This document shows positions 28,917-37,032 of a DNA stretch of 64,000 nucleotides, piece after piece. A model generated the notes under the pieces. The model was given only the letters and a program-made list of their open reading frames with translations, was not told the origin of the DNA and searched no databases. The DNA lies in contig CAVTJJ010000004.1 of NCBI GenBank assembly GCA_963735035.1, positions 960,001 to 1,024,000 on the forward strand, in the 5' to 3' direction. The position numbers and the translations under genes are program-made. Origin of the DNA: an uncultured candidate division Zixibacteria bacterium (GTDB taxonomy: Bacteria; Zixibacteria; MSB-5A5; GN15; FEB-12). Every line of letters begins with the position of its first letter. The first letter of the stretch is position 1.

Positions 28917-29903
28917 TCAATAAGTAGGATGGTCTTCAAAACAGTGTTCAGCAATAATAAAACGCCTCGTGCGCGTTCGTGATCGTATCACCAGCGAATG
29001 AGTCGTGGCCCCGTCCGGGCGGTAACAAACACCGTTCAGGACATCACCGTCGGTAATTCCGGTGGCAGCGAACATGACATTGTCGCTTCCGGCCAGGTCG
29101 TGGGTCCGGTAAACCCGCGCCAGGTCGGTGTACCCGGCCTGCCGAAGGTGGGAGCGCTCGTTCTCGTCGGTCGGAGCCAAGTGGCATTGTATCTCGCCGC
29201 CCAGGCAGCGCAGGGCCCCGGCCGCCAGCAGTCCGGCCGCCGAACTGCCCGTGCCCATGAGAATATCCACGCCGCTTCCGGGAATGGCCGTGGCGATAGC
29301 CGCCGCGACGTCGCCGTCCGGAATCAGGTGAATCCGCGCGCCGACCCGACGCACCTCGGTTATAAGGCCGGCGTGGCGTTCACGATCGAGTATTACCACG
29401 GTCAAATCCGCTACGGAGTAATGCAAAGCCTCGGCGACCCGGTATAGATTTTCTTCGATACTGCGGTTAATATCGATAGCCTGAGCCGCGGCCGGTCCGA
29501 CCGCCAGCTTATTTAAGTACTGCGATGGGGGGAGATGGAAGCTGCCCCGGGGCGCTATGGTTACTATGGCTAGCGCGTTGGAGCGCCCGAAGGCGACCGA
29601 GCGGGTGCATTCCAGGGCATCCAGGGCCAGATCGTAATCGTTGCCGCCGCCGGCACCGACTATTTCGCCGGTGTAAAGATGGGGCACCGTGCCCGGTTCA
29701 CCCTCACCCAAAGCTATTGATCCTGAGAATTCAATCCAGCCGAACGCCTTGTGCATAGCGTCGATAGCCGCCTGATCGGCTGCGATGGCATCGCCTTTGC
29801 CCATCCATCGGGAGGCGGCCAGCGCCGCGGCTTCCGTGACTCTTACCAATTCGAGGGCGAAATTGCGGTCCACCGTGATCTCATCCCGTGACCAAAGGGT
29901 CAC
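28917..29903 (-). CDS. glpX: Class II fructose-1,6-bisphosphatase (GlpX family), diverged
   Basis: ELVRVTEAAALAA, ADQAA, GEGE, LDRERH, DGDVAAAI, FAATGITDG. Confidence 0.88.
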   Translation of the reverse strand: MTLWSRDEITVDRNFALELVRVTEAAALAASRWMGKGDAIAADQAAIDAMHKAFGWIEFSGSIALGEGEPGTVPHLYTGEIVGAGGGNDYDLALDALECTRSVAFGRSNALAIVTIAPRGSFHLPPSQYLNKLAVGPAAAQAIDINRSIEENLYRVAEALHYSVADLTVVILDRERHAGLITEVRRVGARIHLIPDGDVAAAIATAIPGSGVDILMGTGSSAAGLLAAGALRCLGGEIQCHLAPTDENERSHLRQAGYTDLARVYRTHDLAGSDNVMFAATGITDGDVLNGVCYRPDGATTHSLVIRSRTRTRRFIIAEHCFEDHPTY

Positions 29904-29973
29904 TTAATGGCACCGATCTTCAGGCTTTCCGATAGCGGTCGGTGGGGCGGATTTTCGATCCGCCGGTACTGAT

Positions 29974-31371
29974 TTATACAACCGTTTTGCGGAACCGGGC
30001 CGCCTTGATACCCAATTCCTCACGATATTTTGTAACAGTCCGACGAGCCAGCTTGATCCCTTCGTCGTTCAGCAGGCGGTAGATTTCCTGGTCGGAGAGC
30101 GGATTCTCCGAATCTTCCTTTTCGATGATTTCGCTGATCCGCTGTTTCACGGATCGTTTCGACATGTCTTCGCCGTCGGACCGGGATATGCCGGTATTGA
30201 AGAAGTACTTGATCTCGTAGACACCCAGCGGTGTCTGGACATACTTCCCGTTGGCCACGCGGCTGATGGTCGCGACATTCATGCCGACTTTCTGCGCGAT
30301 ATCTTCCATGATGAGCGGCTTCAGGAAGGCTGGGCCCTTATCAAAGAATTCGCTCTGCTCTTCGACGATTGCGTTCATCACGCGAATCATGGTCGTGCGG
30401 CGCTGGTTGAGGGCGTTGAGCAACCAACGCGCCTGCTCGAGCTTGGAGCGAACATATGCTTTGGTATCCTGCGACGTAGTCGAGCCGCGACGAATCAGTT
30501 GCTTGTATCCGGAATTTATCCGTAAGCGCGGCACGTTACGGTCGTTCAGGAAGACTTCGTACTCGTCGCCGACCTTGTCGACCACGAGGTCAGGCGCAAC
30601 CGGCATCGCTCCGGAATCAAACCGACCCTGCGCCGGCGTCGGCGAGAGGCTCTTGATGATCTCCATCGCCTTCTGAGTCCGCTCGAACGGGACATTCATC
30701 ATCCGGGAGATCTGAAGCGTCGACTTGCGTTCGAGTTCCTGAATGTGTTCGTCGACTATTCGGTACGCCAGCGAGTTTGCCATGCCCTTTTCGTTCAATT
30801 GGGCGAGAAGAGATTCGCGCAGGTCGCGGGAGCCGACCCCGATCGGATCAAAAGTTCTTATCTTCTGGAGAACTTCGTTTATCGGCGCTTCATCCATTTC
30901 GAGTTCGGCCGCCATCTCGGCTACCGAAATGGTCAAGTAACCATGGGTGTCGATGTTGCCTATGACGTATTCACCGATCAGGTGTTCTTCCTGAGTCAGC
31001 TTGAGAAAACTCAATTGCTCTAACAGGTGATCGTAAAGTGATTCGACATGGGTCGCCGAGCTTTCGAACGTGGATTCTTCCCCTTCGCGTTGTTCGCGGA
31101 CTTTGTACCCTTCGTCGTCGTCGGAGAGAAACTGATCCCAGTCGACATCTTCCTTTTCGGTTTCCTTGGCTTCCGCCAGATCAACCTCGGTGTCAGTCGT
31201 TTCGGTAGTATCCGGTTCGAGTTCCTCGATCTCCTCCAGCATCGGATTGGTCGACAACTCCATTCGGAGCATCTGTTCCAGCTTGAGAATGGGCGCCTGC
31301 ACCATCTTCAATGACTGGATAAGCTGGGGAGCCAGAGTCTGCTTGAGTCTGAGTTGAAGGCCGAGTTTCAT
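29974..31371 (-). CDS. rpoN: RNA polymerase sigma-54 factor
   Basis: Q/L-rich region I, ATISRVANGKY helix-turn-helix, RpoN box ARRTVTKYRE. Confidence 0.98.
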   Translation of the reverse strand: MKLGLQLRLKQTLAPQLIQSLKMVQAPILKLEQMLRMELSTNPMLEEIEELEPDTTETTDTEVDLAEAKETEKEDVDWDQFLSDDDEGYKVREQREGEESTFESSATHVESLYDHLLEQLSFLKLTQEEHLIGEYVIGNIDTHGYLTISVAEMAAELEMDEAPINEVLQKIRTFDPIGVGSRDLRESLLAQLNEKGMANSLAYRIVDEHIQELERKSTLQISRMMNVPFERTQKAMEIIKSLSPTPAQGRFDSGAMPVAPDLVVDKVGDEYEVFLNDRNVPRLRINSGYKQLIRRGSTTSQDTKAYVRSKLEQARWLLNALNQRRTTMIRVMNAIVEEQSEFFDKGPAFLKPLIMEDIAQKVGMNVATISRVANGKYVQTPLGVYEIKYFFNTGISRSDGEDMSKRSVKQRISEIIEKEDSENPLSDQEIYRLLNDEGIKLARRTVTKYREELGIKAARFRKTVV

Positions 31372-31495
31372 GACAATAACCGCTTCCTGAAGCTGTTTTT
31401 ATTCTCCTATCTATCGGTATCGGACCCGAAAAGGAACGGATTGACCGGATGCCGCGAGGTAGTTCATTTATTCAACAGCCGTCTCAAACTTCCTG

Positions 31496-32221
31496 TCAAT
31501 TCAGCCGGAACTTCTCTCCCAGATATATTTTTCGCGCCTCCGGATCATCCGCGAGAAATTCCGACGTCCCTGATTTCAGAATCTTGCCATCGCACATAAT
31601 GTAGGCCCGGTTGCAGATCGATAACGTCTCGCGAACGTTGTGGTCGGTGATCAAAACGCCGAGTCCCCGCTGGACCAGACGCCGGATGATGTTCTGGATG
31701 TCTTCGACCGCGATCGGGTCGATCCCGGCGAACGGTTCATCCAACAGGATGAACTGCGGTTCATTCACCAGGGCCCGGGTGATTTCCACGCGACGACGTT
31801 CGCCGCCGGAGAGCGTATACGCCTTGTGCTTTCTCAAGTGATCGATGTCGAGTTCTTTCAGGAGATATTCGAGTCTGGCGCGACGGTCCTTGCGGCTCAT
31901 CCTGCGGTACTGCAGAATGGCCATGATGTTGTCTTCGACCGTCATTTTGCGAAAGACTGACGCTTCCTGTGCGAGATACCCGATACCCTTTTTGGCGCGG
32001 CGATACATTGGCCAGCGCGAAATGTTATCCTCGCCGAAAAAGACCTTACCCCGGTCGGGCCTGATAAAACCTATGATCATGTAGAAAGTCGTGGTCTTAC
32101 CGGCCCCGTTAGGGCCAAGTAACCCAACAACTTCGCCAGGCTGGACCTGGATCGAAACGTCGTTAGCAACTGCTCTCTTCCGGTAGAACTTGAAGAGTCC
32201 CTGTGATTCTATCGCTGCCAT
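31496..32221 (-). CDS. lptB: LPS export ABC transporter ATPase
   Basis: [49 protein letters not shown]; upstream of rpoN. Confidence 0.97.
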   Translation of the reverse strand: MAAIESQGLFKFYRKRAVANDVSIQVQPGEVVGLLGPNGAGKTTTFYMIIGFIRPDRGKVFFGEDNISRWPMYRRAKKGIGYLAQEASVFRKMTVEDNIMAILQYRRMSRKDRRARLEYLLKELDIDHLRKHKAYTLSGGERRRVEITRALVNEPQFILLDEPFAGIDPIAVEDIQNIIRRLVQRGLGVLITDHNVRETLSICNRAYIMCDGKILKSGTSEFLADDPEARKIYLGEKFRLN

Positions 32222-32415
32222 ACTACTAATATACGCCCGACATGAGGCGATGCCACATAAAAAGCTCTATTGTCAGCACATTATTTGCTGTCGGCCATAA
32301 CATTATTTAATATAACAGCTTAGCGCAATGAGATGGTTCCGGACAGGACGGAGGCCTGTTATCTTGTTGCAAATCTGAAGGTTTCTCGGTAATATATGAA
32401 GATAGACAGGTGGGC

Positions 32416-33138
32416 ATGACTAATCAGGAATACACTAATCTGACTGCGGTAGTTCTGGCTGGCGGCAAAGGAAGCCGTCTGATGCCTCACACGGCGGAAA
32501 CTCCCAAGCCGCTGGTAGAGGTGGGCGGGCGACCGGTGGTCGAATATCTCCTGGCTCAGTTGAAGAAGGGCGGGGTACGGCGGGTCGTCATGGCGGTAAA
32601 TCATATGGCTGATCAGATTGAAAACCGTCTTGGCGATGGGTCTCGGTATGGACTTGAAATTAGCTATTCGCGCGAGCCAAAACCGCTTTCGACCATTGGG
32701 CCATTGTCTCTGATCTCTGACCTGCCGGAAAACTTCATCGTGGCCAACGGCGATATCCTGACCGACCTCGATCTCAGCGCGTTGTATCGTGCGCACGTGG
32801 AACGCGAGGCCGAACTGACAGTCGCTACTTATGAGGGGACTGAGAAGATCGACTACGGGGTTTTGGAGATCGACCCGGAGAGCCGGGTGGTGGCGTTCTC
32901 GGAGAAACCGGATTATTCGTTTATCGTCTCGATGGGGATTTATGTCTTCAACCGCTCGGTGCTGGAACTGGTGCCGCCGGACAGCGCGTACGGATTCGAT
33001 CGGTTGATGTTCGACATGCTGCGCCTGCAGCGAGGGGTGTTCGCTTATCCTTACGACGGCTACTGGCTGGATGTCGGCCGTCCTGCCGACTATGAGCGCG
33101 CGCAGGCGGATACGGAGATGCTGGCGCGGTTGTTGTGA
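32416..33138 (+). CDS. Sugar-phosphate nucleotidyltransferase
   Basis: LAGGKGSRL…PKPL, NGDILTD, FSEKP, YWLDVGRP. Confidence 0.92.
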   Translation: MTNQEYTNLTAVVLAGGKGSRLMPHTAETPKPLVEVGGRPVVEYLLAQLKKGGVRRVVMAVNHMADQIENRLGDGSRYGLEISYSREPKPLSTIGPLSLISDLPENFIVANGDILTDLDLSALYRAHVEREAELTVATYEGTEKIDYGVLEIDPESRVVAFSEKPDYSFIVSMGIYVFNRSVLELVPPDSAYGFDRLMFDMLRLQRGVFAYPYDGYWLDVGRPADYERAQADTEMLARLL

Positions 33139-33217
33139 GTGCGTAACGAACCGTTGACTTCTGACATGTCATCTACAGACTCGTCTCAACGTAACTGAAA
33201 ACGAGAGTCGTGTTCCT

Positions 33218-33623
33218 GTCATTGCGAGCGGAGATGACTCGCCGTCAGGCGGGACATCGTAGCGCGGCAATCTCATGTCGATCATGAAGAAATGTCTTGG
33301 GAGAGGTCGAGCCACTCGGGGTTCACGGAGTCAATAAGATCTATCTTCTTCCGTCGTGAGCCCGCCTTGATTTGTTTCTCACGTTCTATGGCCGAACGTA
33401 TACTTCCCGCAATCTCGTAGTAGACAAGCTTTGTCGCGTTGTACTTTGCTGTGAACCCAGGCTTAGTTCCACTCTTGTGTTCGTCAATCCGCCGGATTAG
33501 ATCGCTGGTCACACCAGTGTAGAGAACCGAGTTTGACTTGTTCGTAAGGATGTAGACGTAACCGTTCTTGGACACGATTCCTCCGAGATTTCCACGGCCG
33601 CCAAAGGCGGCCTCGCAATGACG
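33218..33623. mobile_element. GIY-YIG gene enclosed by inverted GTCATTGCGAG repeats, candidate mobile cassette
   Basis: Left unit 33218-33274 ends 7 bp from the stop codon; right inverted unit 33585-33622 abuts the GGAGG RBS. Confidence 0.6.
33282..33575 (-). CDS. Small GIY-YIG nuclease family protein (97 aa)
   Basis: GTG start 33575 with GGAGG RBS; GYVYIL…LYTGVTSDLIRRIDEH…LVYYE…AIEREKQIK…NPEWLDL. Confidence 0.93.
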   Translation of the reverse strand: MSKNGYVYILTNKSNSVLYTGVTSDLIRRIDEHKSGTKPGFTAKYNATKLVYYEIAGSIRSAIEREKQIKAGSRRKKIDLIDSVNPEWLDLSQDISS

Positions 33624-33726
33624 TTGGGTGCAGGCTGCATAATAATGGCAGCTTTCTGTTAGTTCATAAATCAAGGTGCGGGTCGGTCTAGTTGTCTATC
33701 ACATTTGCGTTGGACCCACGCGATGT

Positions 33727-33845
33727 GAGATTGCCACGGCCGCCAAGGGCGGCCTCGCAATGACAGTATGGGCGGGCGGCCTCGCAATGACAGTATGGGC
33801 GGGCGGCCTCGCAATGACAGTATGGGCGGGCGGCCTCGCAATGAC
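33727..33845. repeat. Repeat unit followed by a 27-bp tandem array (GGGCGGCCTCGCAATGACAGTATGGGC x3.7)
   Basis: Units start at 33747, 33774, 33801 and 33828; the linkers are identical. Confidence 0.95.
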
Positions 33846-34072
33846 GGAGCGAAAGTCGTTCAGGGCAGTGTCGCAATAACTTTACGAGAAACGCCTGCGG
33901 TTGGAGCGTCAAGAATTCATCGAACTACCCCCCTCGCTTCAAACCTTGACTTGAAACTGGCGTACCCCTATGTATGCCTACCCGGTCGGTGAGGGCGAGC
34001 CGATACGATTAATCGCCGTTGTTGTCCGGGTCATATAAGGCGTGACATGAATAACCGCAAAGGAGAATTGAT

Positions 34073-34669
34073 ATGAAATGGATTCTGATCACCGCCCTGT
34101 CTCTCACCCTGCTTGGTTGCGGAGGTGGGGGCAAACAAGTAACCCGTCTCGACGCTAACAGCCAGACCGATCTCAGCGGCAAATGGAACGACACCGATTC
34201 GCGCCTGGTCGCTCAAGAGATGATAAGCGACTGCCTCTCTCGTCCCTGGTTGACCGATTTCAATCGCACCAAGGGTGCGAAGCCGGTGGTAACGGTCGGC
34301 ACGATCGACAACCTCAGCCATGAACACATTGCCACCGAGACGTTCATCGCCGATTTCGAGCGCGAGCTGGTAAACTCATCGCAGGTTCGATTCGTGGCCG
34401 CGTCCAACTGGCGGGCCGAAATTCGCAAGGAACGTCAGGAACAGCAGGAATTCGCTTCGCCTGAGACTATGAAGAAGATGCGCAACGAGCTCGGCGCCGA
34501 TTTCATGCTTCAGGGAACGATCAATTCCATCGTCGATCAGGAAGAAGGCAAGCAGGTCGTCTTCTATCAGACCGATCTGACGCTAGTCAACATCGAGACC
34601 ATGGAGAAAGTCTGGCTCGGACAGAAGAAGATCAAGAAGGGAATCTCACAGGGTAAGACCTCCTGGTAG
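34073..34669 (+). CDS. lpoB: Penicillin-binding protein activator LpoB family lipoprotein
   Basis: Lipobox LLGC; DLSGKWNDTD, NLSHEHI, GADFMLQGTI, YQTDLTLVNIET…VW. Confidence 0.85.
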   Translation: MKWILITALSLTLLGCGGGGKQVTRLDANSQTDLSGKWNDTDSRLVAQEMISDCLSRPWLTDFNRTKGAKPVVTVGTIDNLSHEHIATETFIADFERELVNSSQVRFVAASNWRAEIRKERQEQQEFASPETMKKMRNELGADFMLQGTINSIVDQEEGKQVVFYQTDLTLVNIETMEKVWLGQKKIKKGISQGKTSW

Positions 34670-34672
34670 CCA

Positions 34673-36076
34673 ATGTCTGACCAGCTTCGATTCTTCATTC
34701 GCTCCGGTTTGATCTTGCTCGCGACCTTGTCGCTTTCGGGCTGCGGCTCCATGGCCACCCGGGTCAGCTTCTACGAGCCGATAACAGCATCGGCCCGCCT
34801 GGGGCAGTATGATTCCGCGGCGGTCTATCTGGAGAAGGCCAAGGCGAAAGGCAAGTATGACACGAAAGACCGGGTCGTGTATTATGTCGATGCCGGTCTT
34901 GCGTACCACTATGCCCGGCAGTTTGATTCGAGCAATGTCCGCCTGACTGCCGCCGAGAACGCCGCCGAAGAACTATACACCAAGAGCATCTCCAAGGCGG
35001 CGATGTCGCTCGTGCTCAACGACAATGCTCTCGACTACGCCGGGGAAGATTACGAAGTTCTCTACACCAATCTGATCAAAGCGCTCAACTATCTCGGCGA
35101 GGACAATTTCGAGGATGCCTTTGTCGAAATCCGTCGCGCCAATCTCAAGTTGGACTTGCTGGATCAGAAGTACGCCGATGCTGCCCAGGAATTTCAGCGA
35201 GAAGAAGAGTCGGATTCCAACTCTGTGAAGATCAACTACGACGTCAAGCCGGTTCGATTCTACAATTCCGCGCTGGCCCGTTATCTATCGATGCACATGT
35301 ATGCGGCGTCGGGGAAAGACTTCGACGCCGATCTCGATTTTACGTTTCTCGGCCATGCGTTTGAGACTCAGCCCCACATCTACAATTTCGCGCCGCCGAG
35401 GGTGTCATACCGCTCCGATTCAGGCGGGGTGTTGTCGGTGGTGGCGCTGGCTGGCATGGCTCCGGTTAAGCAGGCGATGAACCTCCGTATTCGCACCGAC
35501 AAAGACCTCAACCTGGTGCAGGTGCTGTACACCGATCCGAAAACCGGTGAGTCAGAGTACGGTAACTTCCCGATTCCGGTCAGCGAGGATTACTATTTCG
35601 ATTTTTCAATTCCTAATCTGATCGATCGGCCGTCGCGGATTGCCCGAATCGAAGTCTACGCCGACAGCAACCTTGTCGGTGAGCTGTCACTGCTCGAAGA
35701 TGTTTCATCGGTGGCGCGCGAGACCTTCGAAGCCAAGAAGACCCTGATCTACATCCGGACCGTCGCGCGCGCGGTTGCCAAGGGGCTGATTGCGCATCGT
35801 CAGAAAGAGAAAGCCGATACCGGTGGCCTGGGGGGATGGCTAAAGAAGGCGGCGATTGATGCCGTCAGCGACATCTCCGAGAGCGCCGACCTTCGTTGTG
35901 CGCGTTTACTCCCGGGGAAAGTGTATGTCGGTGATTTTGTCATGCCGCCGGGGAAATACAACGTGACGGTCGAATACCTGGATCAAACGGGGGCGCGCAT
36001 CGCAGGTCAGTCATATCCCGATTATGAAGTCACTCCCGGCCGGTTCAACCTGGTCGAGGCTGTCTCGCTGCAGTAG
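34673..36076 (+). CDS. COG3014-like helical lipoprotein, commonly paired with lpoB
   Basis: Lipobox LSGC; YAGEDYE…NLIKALNY and ADLRCARLLP motifs. Confidence 0.75.
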   Translation: MSDQLRFFIRSGLILLATLSLSGCGSMATRVSFYEPITASARLGQYDSAAVYLEKAKAKGKYDTKDRVVYYVDAGLAYHYARQFDSSNVRLTAAENAAEELYTKSISKAAMSLVLNDNALDYAGEDYEVLYTNLIKALNYLGEDNFEDAFVEIRRANLKLDLLDQKYADAAQEFQREEESDSNSVKINYDVKPVRFYNSALARYLSMHMYAASGKDFDADLDFTFLGHAFETQPHIYNFAPPRVSYRSDSGGVLSVVALAGMAPVKQAMNLRIRTDKDLNLVQVLYTDPKTGESEYGNFPIPVSEDYYFDFSIPNLIDRPSRIARIEVYADSNLVGELSLLEDVSSVARETFEAKKTLIYIRTVARAVAKGLIAHRQKEKADTGGLGGWLKKAAIDAVSDISESADLRCARLLPGKVYVGDFVMPPGKYNVTVEYLDQTGARIAGQSYPDYEVTPGRFNLVEAVSLQ

Positions 36077-36078
36077 GC

Positions 36079-36107
36079 TTGACGTTATAGCCCAATCTTC
36101 TTAAATT
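36079..36107 (+). promoter_or_regulatory. Candidate sigma70 promoter
   Basis: TTGACG-17bp-TAAATT, 30 bp upstream of the next ORF. Confidence 0.45.
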
Positions 36108-36137
36108 CATTCAGTACAACCTTGCTAAAGGGGTCTT

Positions 36138-36878
36138 GTGATGAATCTGCGTGCGCTGTCAGTCCTCATTCTTGGAACTCTCCTGCTTGCTTTGAGCACC
36201 AGTGTCGGTATTTGTCAGACGCTTTCATCTCAGGCTAGCAACGAAGAGACATGTGACACACGCCCAATAAGCTGGGGCTGGGCGCTGACGGTCGGGGGGC
36301 ATTATACCACTTCGTTAGGCACATACTATACCAAGGTCGAACCAGGTATCGGAATGGACGCACGTCTTTCGCGAGCCATCTCACAACACGTAGCATTGCG
36401 CGCGTCCTATTGCCACTATGGTTTGCATATCAATCGCCCAACCGAGTTCTTGATCGGTAGGGACGTGTACGGTTCGGTAGTAGGACGTCGTCTCACTGAC
36501 GAAGTATATACTCTTACCGTCGGAGTGGAGTATCAGCGGTGGATTGATCGATCCGGACGCAATCGCATCAAAGCATATCTCTCCCTGGACATCGGTGTCG
36601 CCCGACACACTACCACGGGTGACGTCACTGTTCGGGATAACGGAGCAGTCATTAATTGGGTAACCACCTATCCCGGTGCTGAGGATTATTATCATGGCAT
36701 GCTATCTACAGGTAGCGGGCTCATACTTCCGGTGGGCAGCAAGTTCCAGGTTTATACCGGTGCAAACGTTGACCTACTCTGGGTGAAGGAGGACAGCGGC
36801 AGAGATTTTCGACAATATGTCTCCGGGAACATGAGATATGTCTTCAGGCTGACCGCCGGCCTGACCTTTACGCTCTAA
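36138..36878 (+). CDS. Small outer-membrane beta-barrel protein
   Basis: Signal peptide, alternating beta strands, terminal strand FRLTAGLTFTL. Confidence 0.7.
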   Translation: MMNLRALSVLILGTLLLALSTSVGICQTLSSQASNEETCDTRPISWGWALTVGGHYTTSLGTYYTKVEPGIGMDARLSRAISQHVALRASYCHYGLHINRPTEFLIGRDVYGSVVGRRLTDEVYTLTVGVEYQRWIDRSGRNRIKAYLSLDIGVARHTTTGDVTVRDNGAVINWVTTYPGAEDYYHGMLSTGSGLILPVGSKFQVYTGANVDLLWVKEDSGRDFRQYVSGNMRYVFRLTAGLTFTL

Positions 36879-37032
36879 GCCTATGTATCAAGAGGACAAG
36901 CCCCCTGGCCTTCAGCTTGCATAATCCCTAATTTCAAGTATATTCCCATTCTAAGGTACCCCGTTCAGGTCCCGCGACCGTACTGCCGAAACACTAAGTA
37001 ATGCTCTACAGATAGCACCGATTGAACAAAAC

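Noticed and set aside
33747..33845. CRISPR array
   Set aside because: The linkers are identical and only 9 bp, and there are no cas genes; it is a tandem duplication of a repeat end.
33576..33992. ORFs 33676..33879, 33688..33912, 33768..33992 and the GIY-YIG N-terminal extension
   Set aside because: These are translations of repeat DNA (HCEAA, GGLAMT, GRPRND periodicity).
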